Notes: generated by a model not told the origin, from the sequence alone. DNA of 64,000 nt from Lama glama (GCA_028534125.1 CM052816.1:36210001-36274000), one strand, 5' to 3'; counted from the first letter of the stretch, positions 1 to 13,560 are shown. Numbers and translations are program-made.

Positions 1-1559
1 ACCTGTTCTATTTCTATGGCCTGAACTTCCTTATTTGCTTCCCTCAGGCCCCCTCTTTTGATTCTCTAGAGATTGTTTTAGAAATTAAAAACAAATACCC
101 CAAATTGACTTCTCCTCAAGGCTATGTGCTTGCCTCTAGCTGATTGGGGTGGGGGGGAGTCACAGGAGTTCAGAAGAAAAACACAAATATTCCAAAAAAT
201 TATCTTGCTGCTTTCCAGTCTCATTATAAATAAATACTGATGAAATGGATGAGACGTGAGTGAGAGGAAATGGGCGAGAATATCAAGGTTTCAGTCAGGG
301 AAGTATTTTTACTTGGTGGTCCTGATACCACTGGTTGACAGTCTGTTTTTGACAACCTCCAGGCTGAACACTTTGTCTAGAAACTGAATAACCTGGAAAA
401 TGCTGTCAAAGGCTGCTGTGAAGAAAGCTCAATTTGTAAGGAACCAGATGAGAGAAGATGCAGTTTAGGTACCCCAAGCATCCACCTCTCCCACACTCTT
501 CTTCCCGATTCATATTTTTGCATATAGTGGGAAAGAGGGTGGTTTTCTTAGGCCTCTCAGTCCTCCTTAGCACCAAGAGCCCCTCTTGGTCACTCCCTTT
601 TCCTCTGGGCCAACACCCCCTTTGCTGTGACTACCCTCTTGAACTCCTGGAATCAGGCCCCATGGCTACTTGATGACACCTCACTCTTTGCCAGGAGAGT
701 CCGGTTGTGGAAGGGCTGCCTGTGCTGCCTCATTCTTTCATTCTGCACACCACTGTCGCACTGGGGGCAGAGGTGACTGAGGCTACAGTGGACTGAGTTG
801 ACAACACAGCAGGAAACAATCTGAAGTTCCCCAAGCCCCTCAAGGAGATGATCTCTTCTCAAAATTTGTTCTCACTTCTCTTCAGGTCTCTTGGCAAAAC
901 TGGGTACTTTGTACATCTACCCTGGGTCACACCACCAGCTTTCAGGGAACCCCGCCTGGTACTCAGAAGGCTTGGTCTGATCTCAGATTCCATCTTCTTC
1001 CCCGTCCTTATCCCTTCCCTTCTGTAACACAAAGACCCATTTCCATTGCTTTGAAATGACAGCCTGTCAAGACTTCATTGTGTTCTTATCTGAGGCCCTC
1101 AGTGCCTCAGTCTGTCTCTGGGAAAGCAAGGGGGGAAATTCAGTTCTCTAGCTAGATTTATCTCATTTGTAGACAGCAGAAAATCCACGGTCATTGCCAA
1201 ACCTCTGCTAATGGTTTTTAGTGGGAGATAGCAGAAGTTTTCAAAGGAGTTTTCATTGTTACACTGGAGGGAAGAGGGTGAACGGGAGAATATAAAGCTA
1301 TGCTTTACAGTTTGGTGAAGTCTTCGTCCTGGGAGGGGTGGTCTTTTCATTCTACTGCTCAGGAAGGGCCCTTTCGTTCTGATGGTTGCCTAGCTTTGTT
1401 CCCACAGTGAACTTCTTTTATTCTCTTTAAAGATAGCAGGATCAGATGTAGAGTGACCCCCTTAGCACCTCCCCCTTCCCATCTTGAGCTGCTCAGAAGC
1501 CTGATTCTTAAAACAAGCTCAGGTATTTCACCAAGTGATGTGTCCCTAGTGGGGAAAAG

Positions 1560-1930
1560 TCACAGCTTTATTGATTAAAATCTTGGTATAACATCCATAA
1601 TTGGACTTTTCCTGTTAACTTGGTGCCAGGTTGCCTCACCACTTTCTCTAGGGACTATACATCAGATGCTATTTTTCATGCTCCTGTTTGCTGATAAGGG
1701 CTTGATAAAACCACTAGTTTGACCTGATATTAGATTTCCGGAGATGAAAGCATTGGTACAGATTGCCAAATGTCCTCAAATGCACTGACAATCCATACCA
1801 GTATTTTAAGAGAAATGTATGACTCGGGGGAAAAAAATATCTTTAGGTTTGGGGGTGTGTGTGTTTTCATTCTCTACCTTCAGCATGTATTTTTATCCAT
1901 TGCAAACAAGTTTCAATCAATAATTAAAAT
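1560..1930 (-). mobile_element. Old L1 (L1ME-like) 3' fragment
   Basis: Degenerate match to the antisense L1M 3' region (acagattgccaaatgtcctcaaa...ccataccagta); boundaries approximate. Confidence 0.45.
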
Positions 1931-2277
1931 TGGTAAACAGATCTACAGGAGAAAAATCCTTCAGCTTGAGTTTAACAGATTGCCTCTCCAAGTCACTCCC
2001 TGACACAGCAAGTTACTGAGGGAGTTTGTGCCAGTAAATAGGAAAGAATGGGGTTGATTAAAAAGTAAAACAACACAAAACCTGACATCCTGTTGTGAGT
2101 TTAAAAATAAAGCAAAATGACTATTAGCAACCCATGTTGATTTCTGTCAAACTATCTTTTATCTGTGCAGTAAGGACAAAGAAATAACACAGGGCTTCTT
2201 GTCAGAGTAAGTTTGGGCTTTATGGGAATTCATGATTTCTTCCCCCCCTCAAACTTCTGTCTTTTTTGTTTTCTTAG

Positions 2278-2336
2278 GATGTTTCTCCTCCTGTGGAGAC
2301 TCAAGAGACACCTATTAGTCAGTCTGGAGCCTACAG
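2278..2336 (+). other. Candidate internal exon A (59 nt) of an unidentified spliced gene
   Basis: Long pyrimidine tract cttctgtcttttttgttttcttAG|G and donor CAG|GTATCT; not in a repeat; ATG at 2279 opens MFLLLWRLKRHLLVSLEPT. Confidence 0.65.
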
Positions 2337-2548
2337 GTATCTGAGTTGCAGCAGGAGGAGAAACGAGATGTCTTTCGGCTTTCCTTTCGTGTAGATTTGT
2401 TGCATGTTTACCAAGGTGAAAGGATTAGTGCCCTGGAGATCATTTGCTTTCATAAGCTTTAAACTAGAGCAGCAAAAGTTTCATGCCTTGATTCTCTTCC
2501 AACAGCTCTTTCTCTCAGCAAGGCATAGAGGAGCAAGCTGAGACTTAC

Positions 2549-2599
2549 AGATTGCCAGCAGACTTTTCCAACAAAATTGCCCTGTCTCAATCAGTTAAA
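2549..2599 (-). other. Candidate antisense non-coding exon (51 nt)
   Basis: Minus strand ctctcccttcccacccAG|TTTAAC...ATCT|GTAAGT; stops in all three frames. Confidence 0.3.
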
Positions 2600-4624
2600 C
2601 TGGGTGGGAAGGGAGAGCTTCTGCCAGTTTTCTCCCATCTCTTCCACCATGTGGAGAGACACCCGAAGCATTCCACAGCGCTTTATAATCAAGATGAAAT
2701 ACTCCAGATTTCTAAGTCTCAATAATACCCAAGCCCCAGACCATATGTACGGATAATTCACGTAGTTTCTAACCTCTGCATTTTGCATATAACCTCCCTG
2801 TCAAACACTGGTTTTCTGGTGCTTCAGAAAGAATAACAGTTAAGAAGAATACCAAAGCTAAGCACTATTTTCTTTTAATGTGAAAAAAATAGTTGTTGGT
2901 ATAGAAACTAAAAATTTTGCTCTGCAGCAATTTATAGCAGGTACTTTTCCATCTGACTGACATCTACAAGATAATGATTTAAAATGTTGGTTATGAAATG
3001 GAATATAATAGAAGCTAGAATGACAGCTGAAAAACAAACAATAACCCCAAAGCTGGATTGAAGCAAATTCAAAACCAGGTAAATGCAAGCAGCCCCCGTT
3101 CCCAAATTACTTTACTTAAGAAATACAAGAAGAAAAGAAAAGCGAAAAAAAAGAAATTAATTTACCCTCTTCATATTGATCCCTCCCAACCCTCCACCCT
3201 GGAAATTAGGGTGTGGCAGGAGTGACTATGCCCTTTAATTACAGTATTTATGTGGGAATGGACATCACACTCTTACAAGGCAGTGATCTAATTCCCAAAT
3301 AAACTGATTAAATGAGGGTTTCCATTTTGAGCACTAGAAACAAGGAAACAATGGGAAAAACCAAAATAAGTTTCCACTGTGAATTCACAGATTTTTTCCC
3401 CCTTTATTTTCTTACACAAGCCCCAGCTGATATCTTCAGAATAACCAACATCAGAAACTCTAAATATTAAACTGAGTTCCCATTAATCAATTCTGTATTT
3501 GGACAATTTAAAATCTGAATTGCCTATCATACCACTCATTCGCAAAGAATGACTTCCCCTTGTATTTCACCTCAGGGGGAAATAGGTAAGGTCTTTTTCA
3601 AATTGTTAGCATGTTATTTATAAGGCTTGCCTTGCCTTTGCTTAAGTCCAGTCTACCTCTGCTTCTTAGCTGCCATGACTGTTGTTCCTCTTTTTATTTA
3701 TCTTAAATCATTCACCTTCTCCAGAATCCTTTCATCAATGTTTAAATGTGCTGGTATCTTTTCCATTTAAACACACAACAAGTAAACAAACATAAGAAAC
3801 CACTTTCCTCACTGTAGCTCACTCTCTCTGCCTCCTTCCTTCCTTTCACAGCTACACGTCTCCAGAAAGTTGTTCTTACCAAGGGACCTCCAGCAAAATT
3901 TGCATTTCAACAATGGGCAAGTTATTTAGTAAATATCTGTAGGCTCTGATCCTTAGAGATAGACAGGTGAGCATGGCTCCTCCTTATAACCTCACTTTCA
4001 GGTGGTGGTATACTGAATGCAAATCTCAGTTTGAAATCTGCTACTTCTGCAAGTATTTATTAGAAAATAGGCACAAAATTCATAGAACCAGTTCCCATAA
4101 AATCAACTAAGTCCTTAATCGCTGTCCTTTGGCAAAGCTTTACTCTAAAGCAGACCCTGAGACACTCAGGAGAACTTCTAGTTGGATTAGGCAGCAGAGC
4201 TCCATGCATGGGGAGGACAAAGGAGCACTGCTGCTGTAGACTCAGGCTCTAGAAAAAGATTTGTGGCTAGTAGGTTTGCTAGATTCTTTAATTTCTTTCA
4301 AGTGGGGATGGCAAAACCCATATTTCTTTGGTTCTCCAAACATCATGGACACTGTCCATTGCACAAAAGAAAATTTATTTCTAATATTGATTATGCTAAT
4401 TAACTACCCAGGGTAGACTGAGTTAATATTTGAAGTGTTTGCCTTAGTGCCTCTGTAATCTAGATTCCTAGTTAAGCTCCTCTAAGTGCTAACTAACCTC
4501 TCACTGGGGTTTGATTACTATTAACTTACATACACATGTAAATCACTCTACTTATCCTGAAGAATTTTAAAGAGTATTAGTATCTAGTTGTCCAATAGGC
4601 ATCCTTCTCCCTATTTCTGCTTCT

Positions 4625-4840
4625 ACACCACTCACAGCTCGGTCCACTCTCAGCTGGCTTCTCTCCCCGTGTCCAATGAACTGGTTCTCTAGAGCGTCAT
4701 AAAAAACCTTCGTGTCAAAAAATTCAGTGGATGTATTTTACTCATTTCACTTAACTTCCGGTTACATTTAGCACTGTTGATCACTTCCACTTTCTAAAGG
4801 TCACACTCTACCCCATGAAGACATCTTGGCCTCCTTGTCT
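4625..4840 (+). mobile_element. L2 fragment
   Basis: Resembles the L2 ORF2-region consensus (ccactctcagctggcttc...tactcatttcacttaac...ttagcactgttgatcac). Confidence 0.6.
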
Positions 4841-5009
4841 GCCCCCCACCCCCATGCAAAGAAGATGGAAAACAAGCAGAATGGTCCATTTCTCTTGGAC
4901 GACTTCCCTGGCTCACCTCAAATATTATTATCTATTGCTCCCACCAGAAGATGACAAAAGAACACAGGGCCAAGCTCTGGAGTGTTCCAAATACCAAGAT
5001 CAACCAGAT

Positions 5010-5480
5010 GCCTAGGAACCAAGAAAGGAGTCTGAGAAGGACTGGCCATGGAGGTAGGATGAAAACCACCACAAAGTGAAAAGCAGGGAGCATGTTTAAG
5101 GAATAGGAAAGAGACAACAATATGAAATGCTACTGAGAACCTGATTAAGATGAGGATAGTAAGAATTGACAGTGTGGAGTTTGTTGCAGGTGGTTGTGAC
5201 AATATTAGTGCAGTGGTGGAGACAGAAACCAAATAGCTGGGGGCAATGAATGGGAGATAAGAATGTGAGAATTTCTTCTGAAAAATATTCCTGTGAATTG
5301 GAGCAAAGCAATTGAGTGACACTTGGAGGGGGATATGGAATCAAAGAAATTTTATTTATTTATTTATTTTAACATAGACAAAACTGGAGCATGCTTGTAT
5401 GCTGATGAGAAAGAGCCAACACAGGGGCAGAAACTAAGTAGTAAATCCTAGATAGGATCAAGGAGTTGAATTTTGCAAAG
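5010..5480 (-). mobile_element. L2 fragment
   Basis: aaatgctactgagaacctgattaagatgagga is the reverse complement of an L2 motif (tcctcatctt...ctcagcagcattt). Confidence 0.65.
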
Positions 5481-7561
5481 TTAGTAGAAGGATTGGTACC
5501 TGATAGCAACTGGGCAGTCCTTCAAATGTAACAAGCATGGTGAAGAGAGAAAATGGTTAACTTTGTAATTTTAAAGGTGAGATGAATAAGGATCTAATAA
5601 TTTTTTAAATGACTGGGGTCTATAAATAGCTAGAAAGATGGAAGAACTTTTGATTTTATCAAAATTGTATATAGGTAAACCCCGTCAGAATTCTGGAGGT
5701 GGATGCTACCAGGGAAAGACTTTCCTTATAATATGCAAAAGTATAACAAAGAATATCAGGTGCGTGTATGTACATGTGAATGGTGTGAGATGCTTGTAGA
5801 TTCTGGACTTTGATGTGACTGAGTTAAGATGCACAGTGTCGTTATTTTTAAAATTTTGTTGTATGATTTGAAAGGCACCCATTTCAATGGAAGATAGTAG
5901 TAACAGAGATGACAATAATAAATAACCTGATTCAATAAAGTCACTTCCTTAACTGCTGAACCAAATGATAGACATCATGTTGACCGACCACCTCCTGCTC
6001 ACATAAGAACCACCCTGGCAATTCAGTGTTGGCTGGTTCTGCAAGAAGCCTGTGCCTTGTTCTGGCTGTAGCAACTTCAACTCAGAAGTACAGTTTGGCT
6101 ACAAAATTCACCACTGCCATCCCACAGGAGTCTCTTGAAGAAAGGCTTTCGAGGAGAGATTAAAAACAACTGTCATTGGCCACTCCATTTGTTAAAGAGT
6201 CTCAGACAGCATCCTGCTCTCAACTTTTGGATCCTTCATTTTCCCCTTAAACATTTGAAACAGTTACCTCTTCCACAAATTTTCCAAAAACAGGACATTT
6301 CTCCTACCATTTGGGAGAAATGGAGCCAGTGTTTAGACTGTCATGCATGGACTTCCACTAGCATAGTTTTTTCTAAAAGGTAACTAGATATTCATGTTAC
6401 TACTACTTTTCCCTGGAAACAGAAGTCTCCTATCATTATTATAGGCTTAGAGCAAAAGAAACAGTAGGGCAGAAACCCAGTTTGTAAACATTACTGAAGA
6501 ACCACACCAAATATACGCATCAGGTCAGATACGGGGAAACTCTGGATTTAGTGTTCTTAAAATGATATTTAAAGAGTGTTTAAAAAATAAGCTTTTATAA
6601 GGACTTTTAAAAATTTGTTTTTAAAGGTAGTTTTAGCTTATCTGGTTGTGCAGATAATCTTCCCTCCCTAAATCAGTGCCTCCCTGTTTTGTTAAGTCCA
6701 TGGCCCAGCAGACTGAAACAAAAGGTGTGAAGTTCCTCTCATCCATCTTAATGGGGTGTTAATGACTGTAGAGGCTGACTGTGACCATTTAAATGTGAGC
6801 GCTATTAATCACCTAGAAAAAACACAAAACACCCAGCTTGAACCACCAAAATGTAGTTGCAAGGGACAGTTGGGTCCAATTTTGTTTTTGAATGAAGACT
6901 TGTATTTTAAAAAATGAGCTGCCCCCATGCCAGCTTGGCAGATTTAGAGCTAAGCCAAATAGGCAATGGCCTTCTAACCTATTGAGACTTAAAGAGCTGG
7001 TTTTCCCCATGAACTTGCCATTTAGCTATTCTGTATCCAGTTAGTAACTTTTACCAGTGCTGTAAATTTCTACCAGGCAGTCATTTGGATGTGTGTGTGT
7101 TTTAAATGCCTAGAGGATAATTATTAATTAATTAAAATAATTTTCTATTTCTATAACTTTCTTGCCCTGACTCCTCTTGCAATGTACTTGTCATGTCTGG
7201 AATTTTTTTTTTTTCCTTTGAAGAGGAGGAAATCATGGCTTTATCGTTGGCAAGGTTGACAATATTTGCAGAAGGCTAAATTAAAAATCTGGAGGAGAAT
7301 GTCTTACTGTTGATGTTTTGCAGCGTGGACTAATGGAAGAAGAGACATATACTGATTCTACTTTACAGAAAATCAGAGGCTCCTCCCTTCTGATGTTAGT
7401 ATTTCTACTACTGTGTCAAATTAACAGAAGTACTAGTGGTGCAAAGTTTCAATCGAGGAATGTGCGGTTCAGTGTGTATTCTTGGTCACCTCACTGATAT
7501 CTTGCCTGGAGTCAGAGATTAGTCATCAAGGGGTGGTTTATTTATTTTTGTGTTTCTGTAG

Positions 7562-7619
7562 ACGGCACTGAGACTATGCCAAAGTGCGCCATTTGGCTTT
7601 GGAGTACGGCGACATGCAG
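7562..7619 (+). other. Candidate internal exon B (58 nt) with non-canonical GC donor
   Basis: Acceptor tttttgtgtttctgtAG|A; donor CAG|GCAAGG (typical GC-AG context); 4 CpG in 58 nt in a CpG-poor region. Confidence 0.6.
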
Positions 7620-7810
7620 GCAAGGAGCCCTATTCGGTCCAATGTCCTTTGCTGTGACATTATACTTCTCCAGCAATAACTACCATTGGGAAGGATGGCC
7701 TGGCCTGTTCTGACCCTGCTTCATGTACAAGATGCAAGTTTGAAGCATATTTATCTCAACTGCTGGACATGCTGATTTTTATTTTGTTTTGTTTTGTTTT
7801 TTTCTGACAG

Positions 7811-7955
7811 GAGCAGCCAAGCCACTTTTGGTTTCACCACTTCTTAAGTTCACCCCTTACTTGTTGCCTGGGGCAGAAGGGTCTTGGAGAGTTCACAAAG
7901 AAAACAAAGTACTCCAGTTGCCTCTGAAGTTAAATAAAACACTTGCCTATGGGCC
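7811..7955 (+). other. Candidate alternative terminal exon with poly(A) signal
   Basis: Acceptor gttttgtttttttctgacAG|G at 7810/7811; AATAAA at 7933-7938; 3' end is approximate. Confidence 0.45.
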
Positions 7956-8614
7956 AGATTATTCCCTTCCCCCTCTCTCAATAGAAAGAGGCAGAAAAGC
8001 TGTGGATTTTAATAAGGCTAACATTCGAGGTTTGGAAAAGGTCAAATGACCACAACTGCCTGATAAAGTATTTGCTTTTTTTCAGTATAATATTTGAATT
8101 TTAAAATATGATATTTAAAGCAATTATTCTTCCGAAGTTCACTAACTTCAAATGAGTAGGTTCTAAAGGGCTAAAAATGCTCAGTGCTTCCCAAGAGTTG
8201 TCACTGATGCTGTCGTTGAGACTTCAGGGAGGATCTGAAATTTAAGGCATTTAAGGTATACCAGCCCCTTCCCCAAACTACTTGCAGGTGGGGAGAGAAG
8301 GCAACCTGAGCCCAGACCAAATAATATCAATGTATACAGAGAACACAGGTTACTACCATTGTTTGTCTTCTTCAGAGTTCTCCATTATGAAAACTCAAGG
8401 GTGAATCTTTGGAATAATAATAAATGCTGCCCACATCATCTTTTCTCCCCCTGTCCTGTTGTGGGTTATTAGTTAGACTTTGTTGAGTCATTCTGAATCG
8501 AATTATCCCCTTGGAAGATTGAACATTATTCTACTACTTCTAAGGCTACCTGTGTGTGAAGACAGCTATGAAGGAGGGAGAGTCGGGGAAACTGACTGAT
8601 TTAGTTTTTCCACC

Positions 8615-8800
8615 AGAAGCCCTGGATTCAAATATTAGTTGGCTTTGATTCCAGCTCTGAACTGCCTTACTGCGTGGTCTCGGCAAGATGGTATGTTTTG
8701 TCTCAGTTTCCCTACCTGTAAAAAAAAAAAGTGGTGTAATTACACTTGCTTACACAGTAGGCTGTAGTCTTGAACAATAAATGAATGACTGCAAAGGACT
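8615..8800 (+). mobile_element. MIR SINE
   Basis: Core motif tctcagtttccctacctgtaaaa preceded by ccagctctg...ggcaag. Confidence 0.7.
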
Positions 8801-9319
8801 GAAACTGACCAGAGAATGTAGAAATTCTAATGTTATAGTCTTATTCTCTTACAGGGGGTGATAAAGTAAAAGTAAGGCTTAATTAGTTAATGTAAGTAAA
8901 CTGAAATTCCTAGATGAAAGAGGCTGGAGAAATTCAAATTCATTTTATTATTGTTAATAAGAGGTGTTACACCTCTCTCTCTCATCTTCCTCATCTAATC
9001 AGCATACATTCCTTGGTTTAAAGGGAGTGTTCTCTCTCCATGTAATTTTATCTACAGTGTTGAGACATTGCTTATCATGTTTTATGGATATGGAGTTTTG
9101 AATCACTATAAACAACTCCTTTTTTCATAAACCTTTTTTTTTTTGGAAGAAAGAGGAGGCAAGTTGGCTCTTGGTTCATAAGTATGTGAAAATGTTTTTA
9201 TGAGGTTCCTTTACAGATTCTGTTCCTCTTTGTGACCAAAACCACCTTGCTCACGGGTTCATGTTCACTCCACATTCTTAGGCAAGTCTCCCTCTGTCTA
9301 CATGGCGAGACTCCACTTT

Positions 9320-9420
9320 TATTTATATATTATTTTATTTAGATATATAAAATATATATTTATAAATATATATATATGTATATATATATACATATATATA
9401 TATATACATATATATATATT
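9320..9420. repeat. (TA)n-rich microsatellite
   Basis: Direct reading: atatatatatacatatatat... Confidence 0.95.
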
Positions 9421-10158
9421 CTCAAATTGTACTTCTAGATTTTAACACAAAACCTCTGTTAAGTCAGAATAGTTCAGTGGAGGGCATATTTACTTTACTT
9501 TAAAATACCTGACTTAAAAAAAATTTGCAAGAATGGAGAATGGCAAGTAGAATTCTCTAGTGAAAGAAACTTGGCATTTCTCTGACGAATGTGAGCCTCA
9601 CCTGGCTGAGTGGATGAGAGCGTACGGAGCCAGCACTGGCTTTAGTCAGAGTGAGAACTGGCAAATATAAACACTTGGCTCCAATCACTCTAGTTCTGGA
9701 TCTTTCACCCTGCTTGGTGAAAACCACATTGAATAAGTATGCAAAATTTACTTGTACAAAAGCGTAAACAATGACTTATTAAAGTAGCATCTGGAGGGAA
9801 GTTCACTGACTCTTTTATTCAAGACATTAATAAGGATCTTTATCACACTGAAGTATGCTGGGATTATGAGGCATAGATGTTTACTGAAAATCTAACGAAT
9901 ATATAACCATCAGGATGATTAGAGTTAAGTAATGACAGAAAAAGTGTTCCAAAGCAGGTGATGATTAAATGTCAAATAAGAGTGGCAGGTGATGAATGCT
10001 GTGGGCCTGAACTACTTTTGAATGAGTTCATAGTAAGTAGATCTCACTGAGGGTTAGAATGGCTGCAAAGTCTTGGTGGCAGATGCAATAATTGAGATGA
10101 CTTCTTGATTCAGGCATTGGGATTGATGTGGAGAGAGAATTAAAAAAGGCTTTCTAAA

Positions 10159-10426
10159 CTTTCTTTGATAAGATGAATAAATTCTGGAGATCTAGGGGCT
10201 ACAGTTAACACTGTATTGTACACCTGAAATTTGCTACAAGAGTAGATCTTAAGTGTTCCCACCACCCGTCTCCACACGCGGTAACTATGTGGGGTGGTGA
10301 ATATGTTAATTAATTCAATCGTGGTACTCATTCCACAATGCAGACGTATTTTAAATCATCATGTTGTATCCCTTAAATAGTTTTACAATTTTTATTTATC
10401 CCCTCAGTAAAGCTGGGGGCAAAAAA
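10159..10426 (+). mobile_element. L1 3' end (L1MA9/10-like) with target-site duplication
   Basis: ctggagatct...gaaatttgct..agagtagatcttaagtgttc...gtaactatgtg 3' UTR; TSD aaaaaaggc(t/a)ttctaaa at 10142-10158 and 10421-10437. Confidence 0.85.
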
Positions 10427-12759
10427 GGCATTCTAAATTGGAGGACCACGGAGAGAGTTTTGTAAGGAGGGATGATCACCATGTGTTCATGAAAAATGAG
10501 TAAATCTGTGACTAGAACAGAGGACCTGCAATTCTTTAATAAAAACACACTGCAATGTGTAGACTATCCACAGAACTGTACAGTTTCTACGCACTGTAAT
10601 CTTCTAGTATTTGCTCAAGGCTGGAAACCTACATAGTGAGCTGGAGCAGCAGTCTTTTGGGAAGCTGAAGCTGTGCTGCCAGCACTTCACAGGGAGATGC
10701 AGTTTTGAGACTCTTCTTCAGAGAAGTGACAGCTACTAATACGCAAGCATTGGTACTTAAATAGGCATAAGCTACATACATTCCTCTTCTAGGGTAGATT
10801 TTTAAGCAATTGTTAACTGTAAGCAGGTGAGCAAGGAAAAGTCCAGGTGGGTGAGCCAAGAACTTCAAGAAGTCCTTAATTTGCTGTGACTGAAACCACA
10901 CCATAGACAACCTCCTACATTTTTCAGTATATAGAACCTCTTATCCCTGCCCCAACCTGGATGAAGAGATCTTGGAAATAGTTGGTAATTGGAATCTGGA
11001 AGCAGAATGAAGAATGACTTGTCAGTGACTAACTCAGTATACCTGTTCTGAGTTGATTTTTACAAACTCATGTTTTACAATCTCATTAACGGTTGTTAAA
11101 AACACCAACAAAGAAAAATAGTGCCGTTTTCCCCCATAGTGCTGTGTAAAGCCAGCTGCCATTTAATGACTGCCTGTTACATTCTCAGGCTCTGAATATT
11201 CCCTCTCAAAATATCATCTCCAACCCTTCCCCAAATCTCCAAAGTGGGTGCTGTGATTCTCTTTTTAAGAAAAAGTAGGAAAACTGAGTCTCAGAGAAGT
11301 TTAACAGCCAGGATTAAAAAGTAGGTGTAAGTCCAGTCTGTACTCTTTCCACTATGCCATTCTGATTCTTCTCTGTTTAAACATTAATTTAAAAATGAGT
11401 CATTATGCTTTCTAGCCTAGTATTACTCTTCTAAAATCTGGAAGTAATATTACCCAGAGTACCCTGAGACCATTTTGTGTTGGCTTTTTTTTTTCTTTTT
11501 TGATACTTGGTATTTAATTACACTTATGTAAGTCTGGAGAACATTTCACAAGAGAGACTCAATGCACTTATAGCCTGCACATTATATCTGTGAAATTTGA
11601 AGCTGTTCTAGAGGTGGAGATTTAGAGCCATGCGAAAGGAATTCCCTGCCCCTCTCCTTGTTGACTCCGCTTCCCTGAGGCTGCTGCACAGCACAGGGGC
11701 TGCCGGAACCCACGTGTCCGTGCAGATATCAGTCCACAACACAGAAGTTGGCAGCGCCTGAAGATTAGAAATGGCTGCAGATGTTGAGGGATGAGGAGTT
11801 CAAAAGCAGCCCTGCTCTGTGGAATTCCACATTTGAGACTCTCTTTCTTTTGGTCAGGAAACTAATAACTCTCCAGTTTTGAGTTAAAACACTGCATTGC
11901 TTTCAACGGAAATATAAAAGCGCACTTGCCTTCTCTGCCTAGGCTGAGGCGGCCCTACCCTTTATGGCTCATCAACCGTGTGCTACAGCCTTGGCCCCGG
12001 ACTCACACCTCCTCCTTGTGACTGGCACTGGTTGAAAGGAAGGATTATGGCCAAGATGTGATCTGGCTGCACAGAAGGGTGTGGTGCCAGCACGGAGCCC
12101 CTCTCTCATCTCCAGCCCCCAGCACTTCGTCAGACATAGCTGTTTCTTTGGCTTCCAATTCTTCCATGATTTTTTTTAGACTTGGCATTTTTTAACTCAA
12201 CAACATCCTCATTATTTATTAAATACAATTCCTCAATTATAAAAACATCAATACATCAATACATTGCCTGTTTTCCACCTTGTTCCTTTATTCCTTTTCT
12301 GCCACTCCCCTATCCCCGACAAAGAAGTCAGGATTCAAAATCAGTTGAACAAAATTTAATCGTGTTGTACTTTCCAGTACACCCACTTGTTCCCCAGAAA
12401 ATCCTTTCTCTTAATTAGGTCCTGGCCAGGTATAGATACCGCCTTTGTGGAGCTTCATGGCCCTTGCCTGTACGTGTGTGCATCTCAGGCCAGTCAACCA
12501 GATCAATCTTTCGTCTATGTGTCAATACACTAACCACACCACCCACTCGTCAATTTCTCTTTCAAGTTTCAGTCTTTCTCAATTTCTCACTTATGTTCAG
12601 TTTGCTCATATGACCCAATGAATAATTCCTTTTGTCTCTCTTCTCAATCACCTTTTGTCCTAGTAATAAAATTGGAGGCTGTGACTTGGCCCTTGAACAA
12701 GCTTCAGGATCACATGGTAGAATTGGATGAGAGCTATGGATTGAGACTGAAGACAAGAG

Positions 12760-12866
12760 TACTTTTTCTAGTTTAGCAACATGGGACTTTGAACAAATCT
12801 GTTTAACTTTCTGAGCCTCAGTTCTTTCTTCTGAAAAGGGACTGGACGATTGATCTCTAAGGTCCA
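12760..12866 (+). mobile_element. MIR (MIR3/MIRc-like) fragment
   Basis: ctgagcctcagttctttcttctgaaaagggactggac...tctctaaggtcc. Confidence 0.65.
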
Positions 12867-12869
12867 TTA

Positions 12870-13560
12870 ATTCATTCAAGAAGTAGCTAATGAGTGCCTG
12901 CTCTATGCCTGCCCTGAGCTAGGTGCCATGGATGCAATGGTGAGAACAGAGACACAGTTTCTGCCCTCATGGTGCTTATAGTGTATGGGGTTATCAGCTG
13001 TCAATGAACAATTCCACAAACAAGTGTGTGTTTATCAGCCATTATAAGTGGAAGGAACAGTGCCACAGGAACAGCCAACAAGACATACTGTGGCAGTGGG
13101 AGCAGGGGAGGGGGATCTGTCAGGAGCGGAATATGGGGAGTCACGAGGGGGATGGTGCAGGAGGTAACTAAGCAAGAAGGAGGAGGGAGATGAACATTCC
13201 AGGCAGAGGAAACAGCAAAGGTAAATGCCCTATGGCAGAAGGGAACGAGGACTATGGGAAGAAATTAATAAAGACCAGCAAGGCTGCGAGAGACCACACT
13301 GCAAAAGGCAGCTCAAGGTGAGGCTGCAGAGGTAGAGGTCAGATTGGTGAAGCCTTGTAAACCAAGTCAAGGACTTTGAAATGTATGCTAAGCATGATTA
13401 GAGAATATGAAAACAGTGGAGTGGTTTGAGACTTGATTTTAAAAAGGTCAGTAACCCCCTGAGAAGACAACTGATAGGAGGCAGTAAAAACAAAAGTGGA
13501 GAGTCTTTAGGACCTCCAGGCAAGAGAAGAGTATGACTTAGAAGAGGGTGGTGGCAGAGA
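12870..13560 (-). mobile_element. L2 3' portion
   Basis: Starts ttcattcaa...gagtgcctgctctatgcc...ctgccctcatgg (antisense L2 tail) and continues with cattccaggcagagg motifs. Confidence 0.8.

Noticed and set aside
755..772. CTCF-like cgcactgggggcag
   Set aside because: Several mismatches in the 5' half of the core
5620..5629. MEF2 site CTATAAATAG, plus scattered octamer and CArG matches elsewhere
   Set aside because: Isolated AT-rich motifs expected by chance in 64 kb
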